Positions 38,701 through 50,700 of a stretch of DNA of 64,000 nt are shown in pieces; the first letter of the stretch is position 1; the number at the start of each line of letters is the position of its first letter. Position numbers and translations under genes: made by a program. Origin of the DNA: Raillietiella orientalis (Eukaryota); assembly GCA_036172245.1 (NCBI GenBank), contig JAYWIR010000033.1, positions 2,108,001 through 2,172,000 on the forward strand. Reading direction: 5' to 3'. The notes beneath the pieces are model-generated. The model had not been told where the DNA came from. It was given only the letters and a program-made list of their open reading frames with translations, and did not search any database.

Positions 38701-41700
38701 TCCCCCCCCCAAGATGACTCTGGTTAATCTACATCCGGGTTTGGCACTGGTTGAAGCCGGATGCCCCTGTTGGCTGGCCGGGATTGGAAGTTGACCCTCT
38801 GGGTCTTTCCAGGAATCAAAGAGCAGTGGTTCCCTTCGGGCGCTCCTCCGATCATGCAAACTGAATCGTATCATGGTGCTGGTTGATTGACACCTGTTCA
38901 GAGTGTGAAGTGCTCTACTCCCTCCGGAGAGCGAACCTTTCAGAGAAAGATTGGGAAGCATCCCTTCGGAGTTCTCTTCAGAAGAGGTAACCAAGGGGCG
39001 GTTCCCTTGTGGGTTTCCTCCGGAGAAGAAATAATAGAACGGCCCTCTCCAGAGAGAATGAAGAAGAGGTTCCCTTAGAAGACAACCAGGGTGGATAGCT
39101 TCGTTCTGGGTTCTTTCCCAAGCGTAAGAGGAACGGGCACCTACTCCGGAGCCTTCCCGGATTCATAGAGTGATCCCCTCTTGGAGCACCCTCTAACTTG
39201 AGGAGTCAACACGAACCTCTTGGTAGCGTGGAGCTGTCAGAAAGCTTCGTAAGCTGAGAGATTCCTGCGTGCTTAGCGAATTCGAAAAATCCAAAAAAAA
39301 TTCTCATCTTTAAAGGGAATTCTTGTTTCTGAGAATCCTGTGTTGTAGCTCGAGATGGAAAAGAAAAGAAAAGAAAATGTTGCTCGTCGCGACCACTACA
39401 TCGTCATCCGCATGGAGGGTCATCTTCCACCTCAGTTACGTTCCGAACTTTGACCTCATTGGTTGCTGAGATCCATGACAGAAATGTGGAGTCCATGCCT
39501 CGTGGGTGTGAATGTCTTTTTCCAGGGAAACGCTTCGTCTTTCAGCCGAGGAGAACGCTCGAGCGACCAGTTGCAGGAGGCGGAATTTCCTCCCTGCCGA
39601 CTTTCCTCCCACAGAAAGCTCCTCCATCCACGGACTAGAAATGTCACCTCGCCCGCCCGCCTGGAAGGGATTGTCTGAGATGCGGAAGAAGGGACATCAA
39701 GGGACATCCTAGGAGCAATTCGTATCTGCCGCTAGCTGGGCTCCAAAAGCCCTTCCTGATTCCAAAAAGGGTAGCATACCTATGGTGAAACTGGTTGGGT
39801 TGAGTAGGAGAGAGACGGCTAAGTTAGGGAGAGTTAAACAGACAAGGGGGTAGGGAGCGTAGAGTTCAAAGGAGTTACGTTAGGTCGGCCGAATTCAGAT
39901 AGGCGAAGAGAAAGTGGGAAGAATTGGGTAATCTTTAGTGGAGCAATGAGGCCAGCTAAGGAGCGATTCCACTCCCACGACAACGGCTGGCGGTGCGAGT
40001 GATGTCACATGGAACGTGAGAACAAAAGAAGTGGGTGGCGAGCTTCAGCCATCCCGCGGAACGAATAGTCATGCAACAATCGAGGAAACCCCTGCCACCT
40101 CAGGGGAAGAAGGGCGGAGGTCACCCATCCGCCGGAACTTCTTCCGGGTGTCCACTCCTAGAGGAAGGCATTCGCGAAGAGCAGCAGAGGTCGAACTGCT
40201 TGGAAACCTGCGCGCTCACGCGGCACGCGTGTGGCACCTCCCGTGCTGCCGAGGGGTCTCTGGGAAGCAGGTGCGTTCGCAGGTCGCGTCACAGACCCGG
40301 AGCCAGCGGGACCATCCGTTCTTGAGCCGTCGAGCTCCCAAGGGAAACTGGGAGGTGAATAACTGCACACTAGGGGAGGAGGAGTCCTGGAAACCAAGGA
40401 CCCATTCCACTTCGCCCTCTCCTTCCCGACCTCGCTCCTCCGGGAGAGGACGTCGGGAACCTTCGCATCCTTTCCTCCTTCTATGAAATTCTCCTTCCAT
40501 CCTTTTCCAGGGGACCAGAAAATCTTCCCTCTCGCGTCCCTTTCTTTTCGTGGCCCGTTCGCAAGTCCCGTTTGCGTCCCGAGAAACGACCGGCTGCCAA
40601 GTAGGACGTGGTGGTCCTGGAGCACTCTGCCTCCAGACCGCAGCGGGCGTTGCGGAGCTGGGAGATCCCCTCTACTTCAGAAGCACAAAAGGTTGGGAAG
40701 GAAAGGGGGGCTCAACCCTTTATTCCCCATCACGACCTAGTGAAGCGGAGCCTATGGCTTGGCCATCGGACAGACTCCGGTATTGTCACTCCAAAAGCAT
40801 CCTCCGATCTGATGAAATGCAGCCTGGAAAAGTGAAAGAACGGTCTCCCCGGGAAACGGAAGAGAACAACACCCCCGTCATCACATTCCCGGCGGAATGT
40901 GATGACGGTTTCTGGACCTCAGATTGGCGAAATGGGTGCTCGATCGCCGTGCTACCCTGAAGGAGCTCTTTCCTCTCAGAATCTGGGGCTATTCAGCGGT
41001 CCCAGGAAGCCTTCGAGTTCTCCTCGTCATTCGAGGAAATCCCGAAACCTCCCATTCGACCAGCCAAAGAGAAGGGGTCTCCACGGGAACAACGGCTCAT
41101 CTCCTCCTTCTCCCTTTCCCATCTCCACTCCCTCGTCCTCCTCCTCCTCTGTCGGTACACCGTCCGGCGGGAAAAGATCGCAAAGGCATTCCGAAAAAGC
41201 GCGCTCGCGCGCCTTCTCCAAGGTGGCGCCAATGCTTGCGCTTCCTGGCGTCCGGCTTCTCCAGGACACTCGCTGCTCGTCCGCCAATCGGACGGAAGGC
41301 GATGCCTCTCCCCTCTCCCCCCTCTTCCTGCGAGGGAGGCAATGCAGCGCCACCTACGATTCCTGGAATTCCCCAGGGCTGCGAAGATCCCGCTCCTCGT
41401 TCCTGGAGAAGAATATTGCGACTTTCCCCTTTCCTTTGCTTCCCGGTTCCTTGAACAGGGTAGATTGACGACTCCGAGGTGTGACTATCGAGAAGGGCAG
41501 TGACCGTTTTGTTGCTGACCTCCCTGATGGGTCGGGACGAAGAGCCGAAGGACTGGGGAAAGTCTCTTCCCCTCGACCCCTCCACCTCTTCCTTGCTTTC
41601 TCCTCAAGGTCGCCGCGGGGTCGCCTCGAGGCCCCACATCCATTCCCTTTCCCTCCCCCCCTCTTCCTCCTGCATACCTTTTTCCGTGACAGCGTCTCCC

Positions 41701-44700
41701 CACTGATCGTGCCACCTGCCGACGGGTTCCGGGTAGCCTTCCCCAGAGCACTCCAAGGTTGCGGCGCCCCCTTCGGCCGGTCTCAGGACGGGGCGGACGG
41801 CCTGCACGCTCGGCGGGACTTCTCGGCGAGGGGGAAGAAAAGAAAAACAGGTCGGCCTCCCACTCTCAGGGCGGGAGGTGGAGGGAAGAGAAGTGAGGAG
41901 GATGCCTACAGTGGACGTGCAGAGTGATCCTCTTGGACACGGATGGAGGAACCCCGTTCGAGGCGATGCAGAGGTAGGAGCCCGCGTGGGCGCGCGTTGC
42001 CGGGGAGAAGTGCAGGCTGGCGGCGTAGATACTGCTGCTACTGCTGCCGTTAGCTTCTGGAAAGCAACCAAGGGGCAGAGGGGTGGAGGCAGCGACCGCG
42101 GAAACTCCGGGCCGTTACCTCGTTCGTCGTCTCCTAGCATCAGTCGCTTCCCATCCTCCCTCCTCCAGAGGGTAATGGGCGCAGGATAGCCTAATGCATG
42201 GCATCCGAGTGAGACGCCGCTGCCCTCCCTGATGGTAACCTCGGAAAGCGTCTCGGCGTCGTCGATGTACGGGGGAACTGGAAAAAGAGCGGAAAGAGGA
42301 GAGGCGCAGGTTGCCCTCTGAAAACGAGGAGTGAAGTCTTTCGCAAATTCCAGAGAATCACAGTGGCAGGGGTCTTCGCAAATTCTGAGGAATCCCGGGA
42401 AACGTGTGTCGCGCTGCCATTCCTTGAAGGGTGGGGGGTGCATCTACCCGCCCCAACAGACAAAGAGACGCAGGGTCCCTCGGAGACGCTGGAGACCTCC
42501 AACATCGACTATTCTCTGATCACCAAGGTTTTCTCTGCTCGGGCGATCCCGAAAGTCAAGTTCGTTTCCCTCCCCTCCCTCTACCCTTCTTTTCTAGAGG
42601 CAAGATGAGACCGAAGAAGAAATGAAACGAGAAGCGCAACTCGGAGGAAGATGAGCAGCTGCAACAGCGAAGGAAGAGAAACCACAGCCATCCGAGGACA
42701 GGGGCAGATGAAAGACGCTCTGCTGGACGAATGAAAACTCAATGTTAGCTCTGGAAGCCTGGAAGTCTGTGCTTCCAGACTGCTCTGGATGGGCTCGTAA
42801 ACAGGACCAGAGGACCACACCTCGAAGCGTTCGTCCTTGAGAAAGTGCTCGCGGTTTTCGAGAGTCTCTCAATGCAGCGCGGATGAGGCAATGTGGAACG
42901 AGTGGTCCGGACCACCTCGGAGCACGCTCGGGTCGGGGCCACAACTTGGCGATGAACAAAATAATCAGGTGTCTTTTGCTCTGGCATACCAGATGCATCC
43001 TCGGAATGGCTCTCGTGATAAGAGGCTCAATAAGAGGAAATGTAACCAGTTAGGTCAGGTAGGGTGGATTAATTTAGGCTTTAGGTTCAGCTGAATAGTT
43101 GGAACATGAAACGTTGAGTTGAGCTAGGTCAAGTCACGTTAGATAGGTAGGCAGGCTAGGAAGGTTAAGACATCGGTGAGTTCGGGGCGGGTGAGTTGAG
43201 TCACACCTGAAGCTTGGAAGGGCTACTCGGAAACCACTCAAGGGGTACATCCTGAGGGAGTCCAACACTTACGATGTTGAAAAGGATTTTGATTTCCTGT
43301 CGACTTTCCGAAAAAACTTTGATCCACCTTTCCTCCTTTTCCCCTCTTCCTGATGGAGAAACGCGAGTTTTCGCAACCAGTGGCGTCAGGGGTCACATCA
43401 GGTCAGGGGATGAAGAGGATTAAGTAGGAACTGCTGTGGTGAACTTTCATTCCTGTTGAAAACTCAGGAGATTGCGAAAAGGGATGAAATTATCCATATC
43501 TGCCTTGCAGTGGAAGAAAGAACCTTTTCCAGGTGTCCAAGTAAGATTCCGCTTCGTGGGAAGATCATGGCAGCGCCGGGTCATAGATATTTGAAAATGC
43601 TGCATAAACAAGAGGTTTCAAGCCGCACGGTTCCCTGATAATTATCTAATTATAAATTCGGAAGAATTCAAATGGTGGGATCAGGAACTTAGCCATGCAC
43701 TGTTGCAGCAGAATGCCTCGCATCCTCCTCGTGCCAAGTGTTACATCCCCAAAAGAAGAACAGATGATGAAATCCCTCTTCGAAACATACGAGGAAGATG
43801 AGTTCCGTTCTCCAAACCCTTAGTCTGTGAAAATCTTTCATCTGCTGATAAGGAGTTATACGTGCAATTCTTGAATGGCAGAGAGTCGATGCCATAGAGA
43901 AGAGGAGATTTCCAAGCCAACAAACGTTGGCTCTGGAACCACATGAGGTCCATTGCAGCAAAAAGCCAGCCCATGGCTGCTGCAGAAGTTGGTACATGCA
44001 GAATTTGATTCCGCCATTATTCATCTGTCCCTCATCTTTTCCCTTATTCACGATTATGTAGCTGGAAGCAGAACCCCTTTTTGATTTGCTGAGGCTCTGA
44101 TCGTTAAGAAAGCATCTGTTGGCAACGAGTGAGATGCTCCTGATTCACTAGTGATGTGATGCAGGCTTTTCTCAGACCGATGCTTGGACATTGGACTCCG
44201 CGCACAGGCAAACACTTGCAGATTTTGAGACCGAGAAGCTTTTGGCTGCTGCTTCGAGTTGCCACCTTTGCTGCCACCACAGATCCACGCGCTTCTTCCT
44301 CATAGCATTTTTCGGACAGACATCTGCATGCCGCTCGAATCGAAATGCTGAGTTCCAAACTTCATGTCAGTTCATTTGCATCAGAACGGCTAACAACTGT
44401 TGGCTGAAGAACAAGAGATTCGATTTTTTTTTTTTAGCTGATTCCACAAAACTCTTCGAACGTGGGCAGCATGCCCTAACGATGGAGACTTGATGACGGA
44501 CTTTTCAGAGAGCATCATCTTCCTCCTCCTCGGCATTCGGCAGAGCAGTGCTTGTTAGCAAGAGACTGCGGAGCTCCACAGATGAATGCTTTGGGACCAA
44601 TGAATGAAGTTCTCTTCACATTCGGTGACGATCGGCGTAGGTGGTGAGATGAACATCATTGATGAAGGATCCCTGGGTTTCAACAACGAAGAGTTTTTGC

Positions 44701-47700
44701 TCGATAGGAGAGATCAAAGACTTTCACCGAAGAAGAAATGGTGTGCTTCCAGCGTGTAGCAGCGCTCGCTGCTTGAGAGACTTTGCTGGTTCCAATGGCC
44801 TACTAGCAGCTTTCGGCAGAATGGAGCTCTGCTGCGTGGTCGAGTCCGAAACCACTTTGAAAAGGATGCATTCTCAGAGAAAACTGACCTCGAAGCAGCT
44901 GCCGCATTCCAAATGACAGAATGTTCTCGGCGATCCCGAGGATTCGGCATGCGAAAATTTCGCAAAAGCAGATCTAGGTTCTAACTGAGTCTAAAATCTT
45001 GTAAGTGGAGATGTGGAAAACAGTACAAAATTTATCTTCTGAGTTCCCTTCACTCTCTGTCAGCAGCGAGAATCGAGGCAGAGATCTGAACCGAATCGCA
45101 GATGCGCAGTTTAGGTTGCACTCCTCTAGAGCTTGTTTGGATTAAATCATCTTCCATCAACTCTTTCACCCAACCGAAACAAAAGAGCAAGAGCGAGACC
45201 ACTTTGATTTCAAATGGCGAAATTTTCGCTCGTTCTTTCATCACCATCTGCAAGAGTGCGAAGTGGGAAACATCGGGAACAGCATCCACGGAAAAGGATT
45301 GTTTGGAACCGTTTAACTATCCGTAAACCGGATATCGACACGGAACGAGTTTATCCTTCTTCCAGGAATACACGCATCCGGTGTTTTCGCTTTGGTTCCT
45401 CCGAAGGAAAATCGGCGATGAGCAGTGCTTCTGCTTCCAGCAGCGCGAAACGCGCTTCTGGAAGCTGGATCCGAAATCAGCTCTCCTCCTCCACAATCGC
45501 GGTCCTCAGTGCAACGCGGAAGATTTCTCATTCCGGGAGCAGCCTGGCACGAATCCACCAATTTTCCGTATTCTCCAAGAGCAGCTCCCCTTCCGTTTGC
45601 TGCTGTTTTAAAATCGACCGATAATCTTCGTGCTGAATCAACCCGGAAGGCTTCTACCAGACCCGGTCAGCACCATCTCAGCACTGTCTTGCTTGTGCAG
45701 CCTCCCCAGCAAAAACGCTGTCGTCGATCAAATTGCCGGATGCTCTCTGTCATTCCCGTTGATGACGCATGGTGAGTTAAACTGGCCATCTACTTTTGAG
45801 GCGACGAGAAGAGGAAACTCCACCCCTATCAGTTCCCACGCTTGTGCAGTTCACTTGCAAGAAAGTTAACGGAAATCACGTCTTCCATCGAAATGCTCGC
45901 TCTGTGCAAACGGATTCTTAGCTGTCGGTGTCCAACACGTTTCCACGATCCTGAGCAATGCAGGGAGCATGATGAGATCAAACTGAGCGATGAGCATGGA
46001 GGCTGTGAGCGACTCAAAAGCAGACCACCTCAGGTCGTTTCTTGCTGGCGGAAGGTGGCGAGGACTGACGTCACGAGACGGTTTCCAGCGGCGCTGATCA
46101 GGTGTGATCTCAAGCGTGGTCATCCCTTGCGTTTCTTCCGTGAGCTTCCCTGTATTCTCCGTTCACAAAATAAGATGGTTAGTAGCCTCAAGGGATGTTA
46201 GGAGATCACCGTGCATCCTCGAAGCCATCCGAGTCTGCTGTGATGGTGGAAACACACTATCTTTGAAGTAAGCATCCCGGACTTTCGTCATCGATCTCAT
46301 GGCAGGCTGATCGTATTTCTCAAACATCGACCATACCAATCGCGTTCACTTTTCTCTTCCTCTTAGTACCTCTTAGTTGTGTCCTTCGGCGAATGCTTTT
46401 TTTTTTTTTTTTTTTCCCCGTTCTCGAATGTGCGCAAATGCATATTTCTGTGCTGATTCGTACTGACGGCATCCCTACTACTGCTGACACTCCTCACTCT
46501 GAATGAAATTCGCAGGATTTTGTATGAGCAAAAAGTCTCTGAAAGCGACATTCGAGATGACTATTTTTTTTTTTCTTCTTCTTCTCTCGATCCCCTAGAT
46601 CACAGCTTCATTTGCTGGTCTTCAGAAAGTTGTGGGCCTCGTTGGTTTTTCTAAGTGATCATATAAAGAGTAAGCCTTCTCTGCAAGAGGCGAAGGGCAG
46701 ATCGTGAGAAACCTCGCAGAAACTCACCCCTTCGTTTAAAATTTTCTTTATTTCTGCAGTGTACCGGAGGTCTCTATAATTTCCGGAAAAACAAAAGAAA
46801 ACGAAACCACGGGGACTTAGCAGTCGCGTCAAAGAGATCACTTGAGAAAAGGACCTTGGAGGAATTCTATCCGGCATCATGCACCCTGAAGCTGCGAGAT
46901 CTCGAACTTTCAGGTGATTTCATTACTTTCGAGTCTGATGGAAGCTCATCGAGTTTGTCGCCAAGAAACCTTGCGGGATCTTTCAGCGAGAGTTTGGCGC
47001 TGCAACTGTCTGACACATAAGAACAATAAGATGTTCGATCAAGCAAGGACCAAAAGAAAAGCTCTTCCTACGGGGGTGGCTGCGAATCTCAAACGTGAGC
47101 GAGAACTTCCTTCACGCGGCATGAAAATAAAAATGAGGCAAAAATGGAGGACACAATAATAAATGAGGACAAAAAAAGCTATTGATTCCAGAACCGGCAT
47201 TGCTACATAATTCATTCTTACCCAACACGTTCAGATATGCCTTTTGTTGGAGCATGGGAGAAGTATTGATCTGACACATGTACCAGCCTTTGTCAGAAAT
47301 GAGTACTTTAGAGATTTCAAGGTCCCATTGCTCTTCACCATTTGCTTTCAGTGCAATTCTTGGATTCCTGATGATGACATGGCTTCCAACGCTCAATATA
47401 GTACTCGTATCCATTTTTACCCATGCGACCTGGTGAAACCTCTTTTTTAGTACCGCTGAACCCCATTAACAAGCAAAACATTGAATCTCGGAAAATATTC
47501 AAGAGAGGATATTTCTTTTTATCGTGGGTCCATTCGAAAACGAGTTCTCATCCTCTCACTCTTCCGAACCCTTTCACTCACTTTACTGGGAAGTGAAACA
47601 ACCGGAAGGCACGGCGGCGCAAATTGGTAGGTGAGCATTCGTGGGTGGTTGGAAAGAGATGCATTCCGAAGGTCCGTCACCACACGGAATGGCAGCCCTA

Positions 47701-50700
47701 CTTTCAGGGTGGGAAACTTCGAGGAAGATGCCCGAGCTTGCATCCCTTATCGGGTGCTTGGGAAGCACCTGGGTGTTTTGCTCCAGGAGCACACCTGCAA
47801 CGGCGGGAACAGTTTCTTTTCCGACCATCGAGGAAAACATTCGGCTGCAGATGTAATGCGATGGATGTTTGACGAGAATAACGGAAAATCCACCCATCTC
47901 CCTGTGAGGTATTCCAGGAGGAACGGTCTCGTGAAGATGATTTGGTGAATGTGGCCTGCAACGCTCTGGGACTTTCGTTCCGCTCCCTTGAAAAAACTAC
48001 CATTTTCTAAGCAATGCCTTGGTCAGCTGACCAACGGGTGACATCCAAGTTTGCAAATCGATATTCTTTGCTAAATTTTCAGATTCAGTTTACAACGGAG
48101 GTATCTTCAGTGTTGACCTGAGCTGCTCGTTTCCCTCTTCGGAAGCCTCCGCGATTCGCTCCGAATCCAAATGTTGCAAGAAAATCTTCCCATATTCAAC
48201 CGGCTTCAAACAATTCGCAGCCATCCTTTATCCCCTCCGTAACTAGGATGATACCGCTCGTCCATTATCCTGATCAGTTCTTCTTTAGTTTCAGTCATCC
48301 TCCATTTTACAATTCGCAGCGGTTCTAATTCTGCCCTTCCCATCCTACTAGCATCTTCTTGTCGTCATTCACTTTCTCTTTCCTCTCAAGACAATTCCAT
48401 CATTGCTCGCAGTAATCAGGCAGTTAGCCGGCAGTCACCATAACTGCCATTGGGATGTCAATCCAATGCGCAAATTCCTGGCTGCTACTCATGAAGCAGC
48501 AGCAGGAAAGGGTAAACTGAAATCTGGGAGTCCTTCCTGTTGATTGGCATCCATAACAAATCCAGGCAGCATCAAAAAGGATCCTTTGGCTTCCCCCCCA
48601 TCCACCCCCAATTAACTACCGATGAATCTAATCCTCATCGGGCAGCTTCCATTTTTGGTTCTATGATGGATTCACGTGGGAAAGGTCCACTCAGGTGTTT
48701 GCAAAATCAGAGGTGAATGAAAAATGCACGACACAGTCTTCTCGCAAAACTAACCACAGGGGCAAATGGATTCCGCAGTTCTTCTGCTTCGGTTTCCCCT
48801 CTCATCTGACAAAACGCTGATTCAATAACGCCCAGCTGACATGTTGTTCGCATCTCGACGTTCCTCCTCCTGCAGGAACGAACGAGGACAGCGAATTCCT
48901 CGAAAGTGTTCTCAGGCAGAGGGAAACTCCAATGTGCTAAGCAGAGATGCCGCTTTCCGGAGAAATTCATTATACATAAATTGAAGATGCAAATTCAGCA
49001 TTTTTCACCGTCGAATTTCGTTTTCGTGAATAAACCATTCGGAAGACCCACAATCGATTCCCGCTGGAAATGCGAAGCACTTTGTCATCACACTCGGTGA
49101 ACGAACGCTTTCCACAAATTGAGGATTACGCTCAAATGGGCGTAATGTCTCATTTTGGGACAGACTCTGCAACACATTGGAAATTTTCCAGCGAGGGGAA
49201 GGAATTCCTTTACTGCCAAACCAGGTATTTTTGAAGCCGTGGAATTGATATTCGAAGAGGTCAGCGTGAACTCGTCCACAGGTGCCCCTAAATGACCTCC
49301 AGATTTGCGGGAGTCGGGCTCAGCTTCAACGCTTTATGCTTTCCCGAGGAAGGAAAATTTCAACGCGATGCCTGCGAATTCCGTTAGGACATAATTCCAT
49401 TCCATGCCCGCGTCGGAGGCCGTGTGGTTACGGTGGTCTCCGCCCGTGGCACCACCAAGCCCCGTGGGTTCGAATACTCCGAAAGGAATCGACGCAGTGC
49501 GTCGTGGGTTCCGAGTTCATCCCGCAAGATGACGCTGGTTGGCCTGCATTCATCCGGGTGCGGCACTGGGGACGGTTCAAACCGGATGCCCCCGATGAGG
49601 GCCGGGACAAATGGGAATCGACCTCCGGGTCTTTTCAGGAATCACGGAGTGGGAGCTCCCCCCCGGTTGTGAAGGAGTGGACACCCCATTCCGAGGGGGA
49701 TCCCTCTGCGTTGGACTGATGGAGTAGCTGTGTCGCCACCACCTCTCCAGAGAGTGCAGAGAAGCGAGCCGACCCTTTCGGGGAAACTGCGTCCTTCTGA
49801 ATTTCGGAAGCGTCCCTTCTGGGTTCTCTTCAGAGGAGTAAAAACAGGAGCGGATCCCTTGCGGGGGATCCCTCCGGAGAAGAAATTCCAAGAGCAGATC
49901 CTTTCCGGGTTCTCTTCGGAGAAGAAAGAATGGAGCAGATGCCCCCGGGGGTCCTCCAGAGAGAATAAGAAAGGGAATTCCTTTCAGGATTCTCCTCGGA
50001 GACACCAGAGTGGAGGTGATCTCCATTTCCGGGGATCCTTCTCCAGGCATGAGAGGAGCAGACTTCGAGTCCTTCCTGGATTCATAGGGCGGACCCTCCC
50101 GGGATACCCCCTATCTTGAAGAATTACCCACCCTGGGTGCCGTGGAACCGTGTCGAAGTGCGAAGACAGAAAAGAAGGATTTCCATCATCCTAGGCCAAT
50201 AGTAACGATCGATAAAATTATGTACATATTTCTACTATATGTATATGATGCTGTCGTCATTGCAATTGAGGCAATGCATTTGCAGGAGTTTTGCTTGGAA
50301 TCAGATGCACGGAAACTCTCTCAAATTTGCTCAGCCTTCTCCATTGCCTCACTTTGTTTCTCCACGATGTATTCAAATCTTAGGATAAACACACTACCCA
50401 TCTCTTGCAGGTTCAGCTGTTTAGAGCACGTGCTGTGCTCCTAGTGTGAGGACGATGTGGCTGGACCAGTGGTGAGAAATTCGGAAAAGGACCGATGGAG
50501 GACCAGATGGCACCTTCTCCTCAAGTGGCCCTTCAACAGAGTGGGTTTGTTCGCTGACTTTGGTTGTCCACAGGTCTGGTGAACCTTTTGGTTTCAGGCT
50601 GAGCGTGACTTGCTCGCCGTGCACCTTCTTCCGTGTCATCTGAGAACTGATGCTGTTAATTGAATGATTTTACGTACGTCCACCTCGCATATGGATGTTA

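Noticed and set aside
40158..41585. GC-rich minus-strand ORFs tested as the missing second half of Ig3
   Set aside because: The acceptors tested gave stops or non-Ig sequence. The exon with the correct motif is at 31610-31777.
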